Assembly: GCA_027011385.1 (NCBI GenBank)
Contig: JALVAD010000148.1
Location: 1 to 34,875 of the forward strand
Source: Saprospiraceae bacterium
Lineage (GTDB): Bacteria; Bacteroidota; Bacteroidia; Chitinophagales; Saprospiraceae
Length of the DNA stretch: 34,875 bases
Direction: 5' to 3'
Positions 8,947-20,000 of this stretch are shown in pieces. Position numbers and translations under genes: made by a program. Below the pieces are notes generated by a model. That model was given only the letters and a program-made list of their open reading frames with translations, did not search any database and was not told where the DNA came from. The first letter of the stretch is position 1; every line of letters starts with the position of its first letter.

Positions 8947-10605
8947 TTATAGAGAAATAGACTTACTTACTCCCAATCTAAATTCACCACAAGATAACAA
9001 ATCCTTATTTGGTCCAAATTCACTAAATGTATAGTTGTATTGTGGTTCGATATAAATTGACAATCCATTTTTAAATTTCCTTTTGACACCAACACCTACA
9101 TTAGCTGACACAAATAATTTATCTTTGATTTTAGCTCCATCATGTACTCCTTTAGGATAATTCTTTTTACCATAAAGAGTATTGTGAAAATCGAAATCAT
9201 CTTTCAATTCCTCTGCATATTTTTTCAAAGTATGTGTCTTACCTTCGGCATCTGTCTTGGTTTCAACAAATTCATAATCCGCATTGTAAAGGGCATTAGC
9301 GGAAACACCGGCGACAGTATATAAATCCCATTTGGAGTTTTCCACAAAATGATATTTATGGACAAGAGGAATCTTTATTTGAAGATATTTTATTCCATCT
9401 AAATAAAATGAGGAGGATTCATTACCATGTACAATCTTTTTAGGAGAATATCTCAAGCTAGCGACATTGATTCCTGATTCAATCTCGTGTTTATTCTTTT
9501 TATAAGAGAGTGCTACACCTACACCAAAACCGGTTTTAGTCTGACTATAACCGGGAGTATTTAGCACTTTATCATTTGGCGTTTGTATTAGATTAATTGT
9601 TGGAGAAACATATGTCTTGGCAAAAAATCCATTAGAGACTTGTTTATTATTTTCTTTGTTTACCAAAGCTAACTCTTTAGCTCCCTCTCCGATATAATCC
9701 AGAGTAACAAATTGATTTGCTTCCCCACTATCTTTATTATCCTTTTTTGCTTTCCTCATGGCGATATTGTTATCTGGTGTAAAACTATTGGATACCACTT
9801 TTTCGCTATTTTGTATTTCTATAGAATTATTTCCAAGATATGATTGTGGTTCTATATTAATTGGAAATAATTGCTCTCCAAACTCAATAGTATAACCCTC
9901 AATAGTATACCCCATAGTAAAATTATTTGGAATCAAATCACTATAAGCTCTTTGAGACTGACTTAAAAGAGATTGATAATAAGGATTATCACCAATTAAT
10001 TTCATTCCATAATTTGGATTTAGTCTATTGGCATAAGTATTTGACACTATCACATCTCCAACATATTTAGATTTAGGCTTTATAGTAAGCTGTTTATTCT
10101 GATTTTGTTTGTGCACGATATTCATGCTTTGATTTATATCTTTAGTAGATATACCATCAATAACAGCTATAGAAACAATACTTGTGTTTTCTTTATAAAA
10201 ATCTGCTTCGGGTTGTGCCGCAACAATTTGTCCGGATTTACCCTTTATATTTACTGATTTTTTAGTCTTAGTTTCTACTATATCTTTAGAGGTATCATTT
10301 TCAATATAAAAATAGCCAAAAATCAGTAATAATACTGCTGCTGCAATACCTACAAACAATCTAAAACCACTAGCTCCTTTGGCTGTAGACCTATCAAGTT
10401 TTGTCTCAAATCTATCAAATGAATTAGTGACAAGAGGAACTGAAAAAGCCTTCAATTTATCTGCAATCACTTGATCAAAGATCACATCTTCTCCGTCATT
10501 TTCATTCAATTTCTTTTCCAGACGATTCCATGACTCCACCTCATAGGGGATTTTCATATCCCTAAGAATCTTTGCCATCTCTTTATCAAAATTATTATTG
10601 GTCAT
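8947..10605 (-). CDS. ECF-sigma-associated membrane protein (anti-sigma-like N-terminus, one TM helix, C-terminal beta-barrel-like domain)
   Basis: Its start overlaps the sigma gene stop by 11 nt. The cytoplasmic N-terminus of about 80 aa is followed by a TM segment FRLFVGIAAAVLLLIFGYFYI. The C-terminal 200 aa or so show alternating beta-strand patterns (GFGVGVALSY, VSANVGVGVKRKF, IYIEPQYNYTF) typical of OMP barrel domains. Confidence 0.6.
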   Translation of the reverse strand: MTNNNFDKEMAKILRDMKIPYEVESWNRLEKKLNENDGEDVIFDQVIADKLKAFSVPLVTNSFDRFETKLDRSTAKGASGFRLFVGIAAAVLLLIFGYFYIENDTSKDIVETKTKKSVNIKGKSGQIVAAQPEADFYKENTSIVSIAVIDGISTKDINQSMNIVHKQNQNKQLTIKPKSKYVGDVIVSNTYANRLNPNYGMKLIGDNPYYQSLLSQSQRAYSDLIPNNFTMGYTIEGYTIEFGEQLFPINIEPQSYLGNNSIEIQNSEKVVSNSFTPDNNIAMRKAKKDNKDSGEANQFVTLDYIGEGAKELALVNKENNKQVSNGFFAKTYVSPTINLIQTPNDKVLNTPGYSQTKTGFGVGVALSYKKNKHEIESGINVASLRYSPKKIVHGNESSSFYLDGIKYLQIKIPLVHKYHFVENSKWDLYTVAGVSANALYNADYEFVETKTDAEGKTHTLKKYAEELKDDFDFHNTLYGKKNYPKGVHDGAKIKDKLFVSANVGVGVKRKFKNGLSIYIEPQYNYTFSEFGPNKDLLSCGEFRLGVSKSISL

Positions 10606-11158
10606 AAAATTTATCTTTAGATAAAAGTAATTCTTTTAATTTTTTCCTAGCTTTAACCAAATTACTCCTTGAAGTACTTTCACTGATATTTAGTTTTTGA
10701 GCTATTTCTTTATGAGGGTATCCCTCTACGACAAACATATTAAAAATGGTTCTATAAATATAGGACAACTGATGCAATGCATTTAATATTTCCTCTACCG
10801 ATAAAGATTGGAGCGCACTAGCTTCTTTTGTTTTCAAATGGTAAACATTATCCAATTCAATAGTTTTCTTTTTAACCCTTTTTCTATAATGGTCAATTGA
10901 AGTATTTACAACGATTCTACTCATCCAACCTTTCAGAGATGTACCAGGTTTATATTTTCCAATATTTTTAAATATCTTAATAAAACTTTCGTGCAGAACA
11001 TCTTCTGCTTCCTCTTTTGTTCCCGCATACCTCAAACATATAGGCATAAGCACCTCGAAGTATTCTTCATACAGTTGTTTTTGAGCCCATCTTTTCTCCT
11101 TTAGGATACCTTCGATAAGTCCTTCTTCATTTCCCCATATTTTAAAAGAATAATCCAT
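10595..11158 (-). CDS. RNA polymerase ECF-type sigma-70 factor
   Basis: Region 2 (DVLHESFIKIF, GWMSRIVVNTSIDHYRK) and a region 4 HTH (GYPHKEIAQKLNISESTSRSNLVKARKKL). 187 aa. Confidence 0.9.
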   Translation of the reverse strand: MDYSFKIWGNEEGLIEGILKEKRWAQKQLYEEYFEVLMPICLRYAGTKEEAEDVLHESFIKIFKNIGKYKPGTSLKGWMSRIVVNTSIDHYRKRVKKKTIELDNVYHLKTKEASALQSLSVEEILNALHQLSYIYRTIFNMFVVEGYPHKEIAQKLNISESTSRSNLVKARKKLKELLLSKDKFYDQ

Positions 11159-11180
11159 GTTTTTTGTTTCTCTAATTCTT

Positions 11181-11188
11181 CAAACGTA
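11181..11188 (-). promoter_or_regulatory. Candidate -7 box TACGTTTG for the sigma operon
   Basis: Plus-strand caaacgta is TACGTTTG on the minus strand, 23 nt upstream of the ATG at 11158. Confidence 0.35.
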
Positions 11189-11281
11189 TATAAATATAAA
11201 ATGCTGCCTAAAATTACAATTATTTTCTGTTTTTTTTCAATTATCCTGTGTATCAGCACCGGAGTAGTACATTTTTGTAAG

Positions 11282-11374
11282 AAGCGAGGTCAGAGACACT
11301 CGCTTATCAAGCTAATTTTGAGGGAAATGCGGGTTATGGTTCTCTCTGTTTCGAAATCAGGGTTTTCGATTCCC
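11282..11374 (+). repeat. Mosaic of palindromic modules: H1 (11282-11309) and H2 (11324-11374)
   Basis: aagcgaggtcagagacactcgcttatca is identical to the 8659-8686 core. It is followed by gaaatgcgggttatggttctctctgtttcgaaat. Confidence 0.8.
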
Positions 11375-11496
11375 TTTACTACTACCATTTTGAACTCACA
11401 CTAATAAACCAAGAAAACAATTCCATCTGACAAAACCACTAAGTTTTTGATAATTTACATAAGAGAACCCATCCCCAAACCTTCCCTTTGTGAGGG

Positions 11497-11824
11497 CTTA
11501 CGTTATGACACATCTTTTAGCAAATATTTTTATTTAGAACCCACCTCAATCCTCCCTTACAAGGGAGGAAGCTGCAACCCCCTGTGAAATACTTCGTTGA
11601 TTTCACAGGGTAAACCGCAATAGCAACGCTTTTTTCACAAAAAAAATACCATTTAGTTATAAAACAAGATGATTCTCAAATAGCTATTTTTATTAATCAA
11701 GCACCTCCACTTCTCCCTTCCCTTTGTGAGGGAAGGGTTGGGGATGGGTGCTAAAACCGGAATCAAATCTCTCAAGAGAAAGCTATCGTTATCACACTTA
11801 TTAAAAGATGTGTCATAACGAAAG
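11497..11824 (+). mobile_element. MITE-like non-autonomous element, copy L (328 bp)
   Basis: Termini are cttacgttatgacacatctttta and taaaagatgtgtcataacgaaag; 22 of the 24 terminal positions are inverse-complementary. An identical 12-mer cctttgtgaggg abuts both ends (11485-11496 and 11825-11836). Removing the element restores an H3 hairpin. No credible ORF inside. The interior is about 97% identical, in inverted orientation, to 26023-26316. Confidence 0.75.
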
Positions 11825-12222
11825 CCTTTGTGAGGGAAGGGGCGTACCTGCTCTTAATCTGCAATATTTTCTCAGGCTTTTGCTTCTACGAGCCAAAGTT
11901 AGCTTTTTGGTTTTACTTTAACAAAGTCTCGAAGTACAGGCAAAGAAAAAATCAAATTTTTGTTAAAAATACAACTCTTTCTGTATTTCACCACAATGAT
12001 GAAAAAACGATGAAAAATTTTTTATTTTTTTTTCAATACCAATAAATGTATTTAATATTAGATTCCAAATCAAAACAGATTATATAAAAACATCATATCA
12101 CAACACATTAAAAATAAAGATAATATCAATATTTTTTTGGTATGTTTATTGAAAATATTGAAGTAATGAAAGAAGAATCATGGTGTATTGCCGTGATATA
12201 ATCTTATTATTAAAACAATAAT

Positions 12223-15200
12223 ATGAAATTAAATTTTAAGCTGATGAGAGAACCATTACAAGATGCTAAAAAGAGGTTATCCGGGGTTTACAAAAAACCT
12301 TTTATGACCGTTTTTGCCATTATTATTATGGCATTTAATTTGTCTGCCCAAGCTCCTAGCGGATCCGTGGTAGAAGATTGCACTTGCCTGAGCAATCAAA
12401 CACATTGTGGAGATGGACAGTATTCTACACTGCTGAGAATCGTGAACGGAGGACTTAACAATACTTGGTATGTCGCCGAAGATTCGATTCAAGGACTGTA
12501 TGATATCAATAGTCCTGCACCTCCGACACCACCGACTGAATTTGTAACCGGACCGGCAGGTGTAACAATGACAGATATGGGAGGCGAGACCTATGAGTTA
12601 ACTGCTATCCATGTTGATAGCCTCGGCTATTGGGTGAATTTAACTGACGGCACGGATACTGTCAAGCTGCTTGTTTCCCCTGGAACTTGCAAATACCCCC
12701 GGACTAAGATAGTCGGGGATCCTTTCGTTTGTGAAGGTCAAGTTTCTGACTATTCAACTGCTAATAATGCCACAAGCAATTATCTATGGACATTGAATAA
12801 TGATGGAACTCATGGTGGAACGATGACCTCTGCCAATACTGCCAATCCAATAACCATAGAATGGGATGATGATTCTGATGGCAAGTATCATCAAGTCAAA
12901 GTTCAAGAGACCGATGCAAATGGATGTGTAGTATCAGATTCAATGTTAGTTCAAATTGAGGATACCATAACCATGGCTTGTACACATGATGTACAAATAT
13001 CTTTGGATGCCAATTGTGCAGGAGCATTAACTGCTGACATGTTTCTAGAAGGTCAGGTCTATAATGATAGTTCTTATGCGATAATAATCCAAGATTCTAA
13101 TGGTAATCTTGTGAAGCAAGACACTTTAAGCAAAGATATGGTTAATAAGGTATACACAATTACCGTACAACATTTGTGCAGTGGCAATATGTGTTGGTCT
13201 TATATGCTTGTTCTTGACAAATCAGCACCGGATTTGAATTGTCATACAGATACAATAAAATGTTCAGATAGTGTAAAACCAGAAGATTTGGTTGATGGAT
13301 TCCCTCTATTGTACTATACTAATATACAAAAAACATCAAATCCTTTTAAATATATTGCAACAGGGACAAGCGGTTGTAGTGATGCGACTTTGGTATATAA
13401 TGATAAAGTTACTGAAGAGCCTTGTTCTTCTCCTTTCACTTCTACAATAATAAGAAAATGGAGAGTTAATGATGCTTCATTAAACTCAAGTGTTTGTATA
13501 GACACTATCAGAGTTGAAAGAACAGGATTGGCAGATATAAACTATCCTAAAAATTGGGATGGATTACCTTTTAACAATCCTTTCATTCAAGCTTGTAGCA
13601 AATATCCTACTGATGCAAATGGAAATCCTGATCCGAGCAAAACAGGTTCTCCCTCAGGTCCATTCTGTGGTAATCTGATGGTAAACTACTCAGATAAGAG
13701 GCTTTATTTATGTGACGATATTGGAGGCGAATCATATAAAGTCCTAAGAAATTGGACTGTAATGGATATGTGTACAGGAGATGCATTTGATACTCTTCAA
13801 ATCATTGCAATAATGGATACTCGTAAACCAACAATTTTAATACCCGGGCTTACAGGAGGCAATACATTTGTTGTAAACACTGAATATTATAACTGTGGTG
13901 CCAATGTCGAATTACCTGTAGCAACTGTTAGAGATTGTAGTATTGACAATCCACATGATTATACTGTTAGTTATCAACTAGCGGATGACGATGGGAATTA
14001 TCCTGACCCAACATTTCCATATACGACATTACATAAGGTAGGTGGAAAGTTTATATTACCAAATATTCCATATGGTTTTGCCAAAGTAAAATATACAGCT
14101 ACAGATCCTTGCGGCAATACAAAGGAAAGAATAATCTATGTAAAAGTGATAGATAACTTGCCTCCTCAAGCCGTTTGTGACAAGCATACAACTGTTACAT
14201 TAAGCGATTTGGGCATTGCATATTTAAGCAAATATTCATTTGATGACGGTTCATTTGACAATTGTTCTGATGTCACATTAGATGTAAGAAGAATGTCAGG
14301 AGTATGTGACCCATCCGATTTAATTTATGGTGAAGGGGTACATTTTTGTTGTATTGATTCAGGTCAAGACTCTGTTGGAGTAGAACTAAGAGTTACGGAT
14401 AGTAAGGGGTTTACAAATAGCTGTATGGCATGGGTTATAGTTAGTGATAATCAAAAACCGACAATTACTTGTCCTTCTAATGGTGAAGTAAGCTGTAAGT
14501 TTGATTACTCAGATTTATCAGTTTTCGGAACGATTAGAAATGACGAAAGTTTAGTTGAAAAAATATACATAAACGATCCTGAGCACGGTGGAAATCATCA
14601 TTACTTTGGCAAGGATGGATTTGCTACCGACAATTGTGATGTAACTGCCAAGATGATTTCAAAAACAGTATCAATCAATAATTGTGGAACTGGTGTTATA
14701 AGAAGAGTATTCCAAGCAACAGATAGTTATGGAAATAAATCAAATACTTGTACTCAGACTATTCAGGTAATAGATTTCAAGCCTTTTAATGCTAATAATC
14801 CGGCAGACTTAAGATGGCCTAATGATTATACATTCACCGGGTGTCTAGGAGAGAATATACTCCCTGACAATTTACCTGATGCTTATGGTTGGCCAAAAAT
14901 ACTGGGAGATGATAAATGCAGTACAATTGCAATGGACTATGACGACCTGATTTTTGAGCATGTAGAAGGAACTTGTTACAAGATAATAAGAACATGGAGA
15001 GTTGTAGATTGGTGCGTTTATGAACAAAACAAACCCGGAACACCATTGGGATATTGGGAACATGTACAAACTATAATGGTAACAGATGACACCAACCCAA
15101 CTGTGGAATCCGGATGTACTCCTGTTGACATTACTGCTTTGGGTAACTGTGATTATAGATACCACTTCAAAGCAATAGGTGATGATAACTGTACAGCCCC

Positions 15201-16971
15201 CAATCAACTAAGATGGTCATACAAAGTAAATATCAATAATTCTCCAACTGACATTGTTGAGGGGAATACAGATGAATTCAATATAGTATTATCAAAAGGT
15301 ACTCATAAGATTACTTGGTATGTTGAAGACAATTGTGGAAATATTGGTCAATGTTCAAAAACATTTACCGTAAAGGACGAAAAAGCACCAACTCCACAAT
15401 GTATAGACGGACTTGTCACTGTTGTTCTGCCTGAAAGTGGTAAAATAACTATACATGCTGCCGACTTTAACAGACACAGTACCGATGATTGTACAAGAAG
15501 CAATTACGGATCATGTGGATGTTTGACTGATTTGACATTCTCATTTTCCGACGACAGGTCTGAAAAAGACTTGGAATTATCTTGTGCTGATATTGAGAAT
15601 GGCATCATAGACACTATCCCATTGACAATTTGGGTTTGGGACGAATCACACAATGGTGATTTCTGTAACACATTTATAGTATTGCAAGACAATAATGATG
15701 CATGTGAAGATGTAGTACCACTACATGATACCATATTCTATAATTTGACTGGAATTGTCCAAAAACCAAATGAGTCTCCGGTAGAAGACATCAAAGTAGT
15801 ATTGACAAATGAGGACACTGAATTCAGCAGTGAAATGAATACAAATGCAAACGGTGAATATGTCTTTGAGCATTTGGCTGACAACTCAAATTATAAACTT
15901 GCTGCTAATAGAAATGGAGATTATTTGAATGGAGTTTCAACATTAGATATTGTTTTATTGCAAAAACATTTGCTCGGAATAAAGAAATTCAAAAATCCAT
16001 ATGATTATATCGCAGCTGATGTAAACGATTCAAAGAGCATTACTGCTTCTGATATTTTGGAAATAAGGAAACTGATTTTAGGTAGATTTAATAAATTCTC
16101 AAAGTCCAACTCTTGGAAATTTATTGATAAGGATATGCAATTTGAAAATAGTCAAAAACCATTTGATTTTAATGAAATAGTGGATTTAGGATCTTCAACA
16201 GTTGATATAAACAAAAACTTGCTTGCAATAAAGGTAGGTGATATAAATCAATCTGCATTGACCGGTGACGAAATAGCTTCCAGAAGTGCTAATACAATCG
16301 CTTTGGAAACAGATAATATATCTTTTGAGCAAGGAGATCAATTGGAAATCAAATTTGCGCCTAAAACTGCAATCGCGACAGTTGGATCACAATTCACTAT
16401 TGAGTTTAATTCTGACAAATTGAGGTTTAACGGTATTGAAAGTGATTATTTCAAAATTAGTGATGAGAATATCAACCAATCCAAATCTAAAGAAGGTTTA
16501 ATAATGATATCTATCAATGAATCAATAGCAAAAGTGATAGAAAAAGGAAAAGACATATTCACTTTCAATTTTACTGCAAAAGAAAATGGGGTATTGGACA
16601 ACTCAATAAAAATAAGTTCAAAAATCACCAAAGCTGAAATTTACACACTTGAAGATAAAGAATTGACGGAAAACAATATCAAATTAGAGTTTAGAAATTC
16701 TGATAACTATACATTCAAGGTATTCCAGAATATTCCAAATCCATTTAGTTCAAAAACTGTAATAGGATTTGAGATTCCTGGCGAAGAAACTGTTTCATTA
16801 GAAGTGTATGATATGACAGGAAAAGTATTATATCAAGTCGAAAAAGATTACGACAAAGGATATAATGAAATAAAACTGACAAATGATAATCTTAATGTTA
16901 CAGGGCTTTTGTATTACAAACTAGAAGCAGGAGAATATTCAGCAATTAGAAAAATGATTTTAATAAAATAG
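12223..16971 (+). CDS. Giant T9SS-sorted surface protein (1582 aa): PKD-like and HYR-like repeats, CarboxypepD_reg-like, dockerin-like, cohesin-like modules and a Por/T9SS C-terminal sorting domain
   Basis: Signal peptide KKPFMTVFAIIIMAFNLSAQA. Repeated HYR-like signatures (VKYTATDPCGNTKERIIYVKVIDNLPP, ITWYVEDNCGNIGQCSKTFTVKDEKAP, RTWRVVDWC). Dockerin-type Ca loops GDYLNGVSTLDIVLLQKHLLG and DVNDSKSITASDILEIRKLILG (nt about 15916-16083). Cohesin-like block at nt about 16291-16695. CTD FQNIPNPFSSKTVIGFEIP...YYKLEAGEYSAIRKMILIK (nt about 16714-16968). The true start may be an internal Met (12244 or 12304). Confidence 0.85.
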   Translation: MKLNFKLMREPLQDAKKRLSGVYKKPFMTVFAIIIMAFNLSAQAPSGSVVEDCTCLSNQTHCGDGQYSTLLRIVNGGLNNTWYVAEDSIQGLYDINSPAPPTPPTEFVTGPAGVTMTDMGGETYELTAIHVDSLGYWVNLTDGTDTVKLLVSPGTCKYPRTKIVGDPFVCEGQVSDYSTANNATSNYLWTLNNDGTHGGTMTSANTANPITIEWDDDSDGKYHQVKVQETDANGCVVSDSMLVQIEDTITMACTHDVQISLDANCAGALTADMFLEGQVYNDSSYAIIIQDSNGNLVKQDTLSKDMVNKVYTITVQHLCSGNMCWSYMLVLDKSAPDLNCHTDTIKCSDSVKPEDLVDGFPLLYYTNIQKTSNPFKYIATGTSGCSDATLVYNDKVTEEPCSSPFTSTIIRKWRVNDASLNSSVCIDTIRVERTGLADINYPKNWDGLPFNNPFIQACSKYPTDANGNPDPSKTGSPSGPFCGNLMVNYSDKRLYLCDDIGGESYKVLRNWTVMDMCTGDAFDTLQIIAIMDTRKPTILIPGLTGGNTFVVNTEYYNCGANVELPVATVRDCSIDNPHDYTVSYQLADDDGNYPDPTFPYTTLHKVGGKFILPNIPYGFAKVKYTATDPCGNTKERIIYVKVIDNLPPQAVCDKHTTVTLSDLGIAYLSKYSFDDGSFDNCSDVTLDVRRMSGVCDPSDLIYGEGVHFCCIDSGQDSVGVELRVTDSKGFTNSCMAWVIVSDNQKPTITCPSNGEVSCKFDYSDLSVFGTIRNDESLVEKIYINDPEHGGNHHYFGKDGFATDNCDVTAKMISKTVSINNCGTGVIRRVFQATDSYGNKSNTCTQTIQVIDFKPFNANNPADLRWPNDYTFTGCLGENILPDNLPDAYGWPKILGDDKCSTIAMDYDDLIFEHVEGTCYKIIRTWRVVDWCVYEQNKPGTPLGYWEHVQTIMVTDDTNPTVESGCTPVDITALGNCDYRYHFKAIGDDNCTAPNQLRWSYKVNINNSPTDIVEGNTDEFNIVLSKGTHKITWYVEDNCGNIGQCSKTFTVKDEKAPTPQCIDGLVTVVLPESGKITIHAADFNRHSTDDCTRSNYGSCGCLTDLTFSFSDDRSEKDLELSCADIENGIIDTIPLTIWVWDESHNGDFCNTFIVLQDNNDACEDVVPLHDTIFYNLTGIVQKPNESPVEDIKVVLTNEDTEFSSEMNTNANGEYVFEHLADNSNYKLAANRNGDYLNGVSTLDIVLLQKHLLGIKKFKNPYDYIAADVNDSKSITASDILEIRKLILGRFNKFSKSNSWKFIDKDMQFENSQKPFDFNEIVDLGSSTVDINKNLLAIKVGDINQSALTGDEIASRSANTIALETDNISFEQGDQLEIKFAPKTAIATVGSQFTIEFNSDKLRFNGIESDYFKISDENINQSKSKEGLIMISINESIAKVIEKGKDIFTFNFTAKENGVLDNSIKISSKITKAEIYTLEDKELTENNIKLEFRNSDNYTFKVFQNIPNPFSSKTVIGFEIPGEETVSLEVYDMTGKVLYQVEKDYDKGYNEIKLTNDNLNVTGLLYYKLEAGEYSAIRKMILIK

Positions 16972-17055
16972 AACCGATTTATAAGGAGTGTTAATCTATT
17001 AAAGGGTTAATGCTCCTAAAATCCCAATCTATTAAAATAAATAAAATTATAAAAA

Positions 17056-20000
17056 ATGAAAAATTATTTACAAATTAAAAGCAAAGTGTTCAAATCTGCA
17101 CTTACTTTAATAGCATTCTTACTGTTTGCAATATCAATGCAAGCTCAGTGTGATGCAAAAATCACGGATGCTGATCATGACGGCAAAGATTATGTTTGTG
17201 CAGAATCAACTACATACTATCAAGCAGTACGATCAGCAGCTACCGGTAGTACCATTTCTTGGACTCTATGTGGTGGTGGAACAATACTATCTACTAATGA
17301 TGACAATATTCTTTCAAGTGTTTCCATTCAATGGGACAGCTTACCGGGAACTGGACCATACTGCATTAAAATGACAGAAACAAATGGGGCCTGCTCCAAT
17401 ACGGAAATACTAGATGTTTATATTGAACAAAACAATTTAGTAATGGCGTGTAATCGATTAGTTCTTGTAGCTTTGGACAATAACTGCAGGGACACAATAG
17501 GTGCAGATCAAATAATAGAAGCTCCATTGTATCCGGATGAAAGTTACGATGTCAATGTATTCAACACTGACAATTCGATAAGACCGGAACCGATAGTAAC
17601 ACTTCAAGATTTAGGAGATACCTTAATGGTTGTTGTTACACACGAATGCTCCGGCTTGTCCTGTATGGGTAGAATTGCATTCCAAGATAATCTTGCTACG
17701 ATGCTTTCATGTAGAGCAGATACAATCAAGCTGGAATGCGATGAATCAACTGACCCTGAGAATACACATGTTGGATTTCCGCTTGTAGCCGGTTCAACAG
17801 TCCATAAGGTTGACCAAAGAAGATATCAAGCTACCATTCCGGGAGATTGTGGTGGACAATTTACCTTGGTATTTTCAGATGAAGTACTAGACCAAACTTG
17901 TGGATTAAATGACTATCAATTTATAATACATAGGACATGGACTGCAATCGATGCATCAGGTAATGGTTGGTCCTGTACCGAAATTATTGCTCAAAAATGG
18001 GGTGATTTTGATACAATGACATTGCCTAATAATTATGATGGGATGAACGGAAATTTATTTTTTCAATGTAACGATAATCATCCAAATGCCAATGAATCTA
18101 TTTATTGGTCTTATAAAGATTCAATTCCTACACCTGCGATAACAGGCTATCCTCAATATGCTTCATGTAGTAATATACAGTTTTTATACGAAGATTTGAC
18201 TATTCCGGGTTGTGGATACAATAGAAAAGTACTCAGACATTGGACTATTTTAGACTGGTGTACAGGAAGACAAAAGCAATATGACCAAGTATTAGCATTT
18301 GTAGATGATACCCCTCCGATTATGGCATTGAGAACAGATACTCTTGAATTTGATGCAACCATAGGTAAGTGCTCCGGTAATGCATATCCATTACCTGATC
18401 CTTTAGTATTGGAAGATTGTTCCGATGTGACGGTTGAAGTTATAGGATACAAATTGTGTTCACAAGCTTTTGATAGTACAGATGGCATATACAAAAAATC
18501 AGGAAAATATGGAATCAAAGATTTACCGGTAGATTCCGTAATCTGTGTGAGATACAAAGCTACTGACGAATGTGGATTGTGGAGTGTTGCAAACATGAGA
18601 GTAGTAATTCGAGACAGACAAAAACCAACAGCTGCATGCGACGCTCATACAGTAGTGACAGTAGGTGTTAATGCAAAACTTTACGCAACTGCTCTTGACA
18701 ATCACAGCTGGGACAATTGTGGAATCAGCAAATTAGAGATTAAAAGGACATCCAATAAATGCGGTAATTATCAAGATTTGATATATGGTGAATCTGTAGA
18801 TATGTGTTGCGCTGATGTTGGTACGGATGTAGTAGTTAAATTAAAGGTTTATGATATTCATGGATTAACAAGTGAATGTACGGGAATAGTTCATGTTCAG
18901 GATAAAGAAAGACCTGTATTGACTTATTGCCCACCAAACTTCACCGTTGATTGTGAGCAAAATTACAGCAATTATTTCCCTGGAGGAAAACCAACAGCTA
19001 CCGATAATTGTACTATACTACCCCCTACTAAAACAGATAAAGCTAATCTAAATGATTGTGGTTTTGGAACTGTAAGAAGGACTTGGGTATTGAAAGATAA
19101 AGCAGGATTGGAGACCCTTCACAAATGTGTTCAAATCATTACAGTTGAAGACAAACATCCATTGACTGATTCTGATATCAATTGGCCTACAAACAAAACA
19201 CTTTATGGATGTTGGCCCGGAGTTGATTACAGTGAATCTGTGACAGGTATTCCAACAATAAATAATACAACTTGCAAGCAACTTGGCATTGCACATACAG
19301 ATAAAATAATACATAACCCTGCTACTTCAGATGCATGTGTAGTAATAGAAAGAACATTCACTGTAGGTGATTGGTGTAACACTAATGCTGCTTATATAAC
19401 ACATTTGCAATACATCTATATTCAAGATGGTGGTGCACCATATTTCACATATTGTAAGCATGATACGACGATATCAAGTGGAACTGCCTGTTCAGTAAAT
19501 ACCACAATAAGAGCAGAAGCAGAAGATGATTGTACTCCTGCTGATGATTTGGTATATACTTACAAAGTTGACTTGGACGATGACGGAACTATTGATTTCA
19601 CCGGAAACGGAAACGTAATAAACAGGACATTTGATAGCGGCAGGCATAAAATTGTATTTACTGTAACTGATGGTTGTGACAATACTGCGACTTGCACAAG
19701 ATACATAAGAATCAAAGACACCAAGCCCCCTACTCCATTGTGCTTAAGAAAAATCACAACAACACTTGGAATAGACGGAACTACTACAGTAGATGCTAAA
19801 ATATTTAACCACGGAAGTATCGATAATTGTACTCCTAGCAACTATGGAACATGCGGTTGTGGAACAGATTTAAGATTTTCTTTCTCTCAAAATGTGAATG
19901 ACAAAACCAGGACTTATACCTGTGATAGTTTGGACAATGGAGTTGGAAAGAAATTTGATTTGGATGTATGGGTAACTGACTTAGATGGAAACAAAGATTT

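Noticed and set aside
15916-16695. Interpreting the dockerin-like and cohesin-like modules as evidence of a cellulosome.
   Set aside because: There are no glycoside hydrolase or scaffoldin genes in the window. The host looks like a T9SS-using Bacteroidota member, and both modules occur in the same surface protein.
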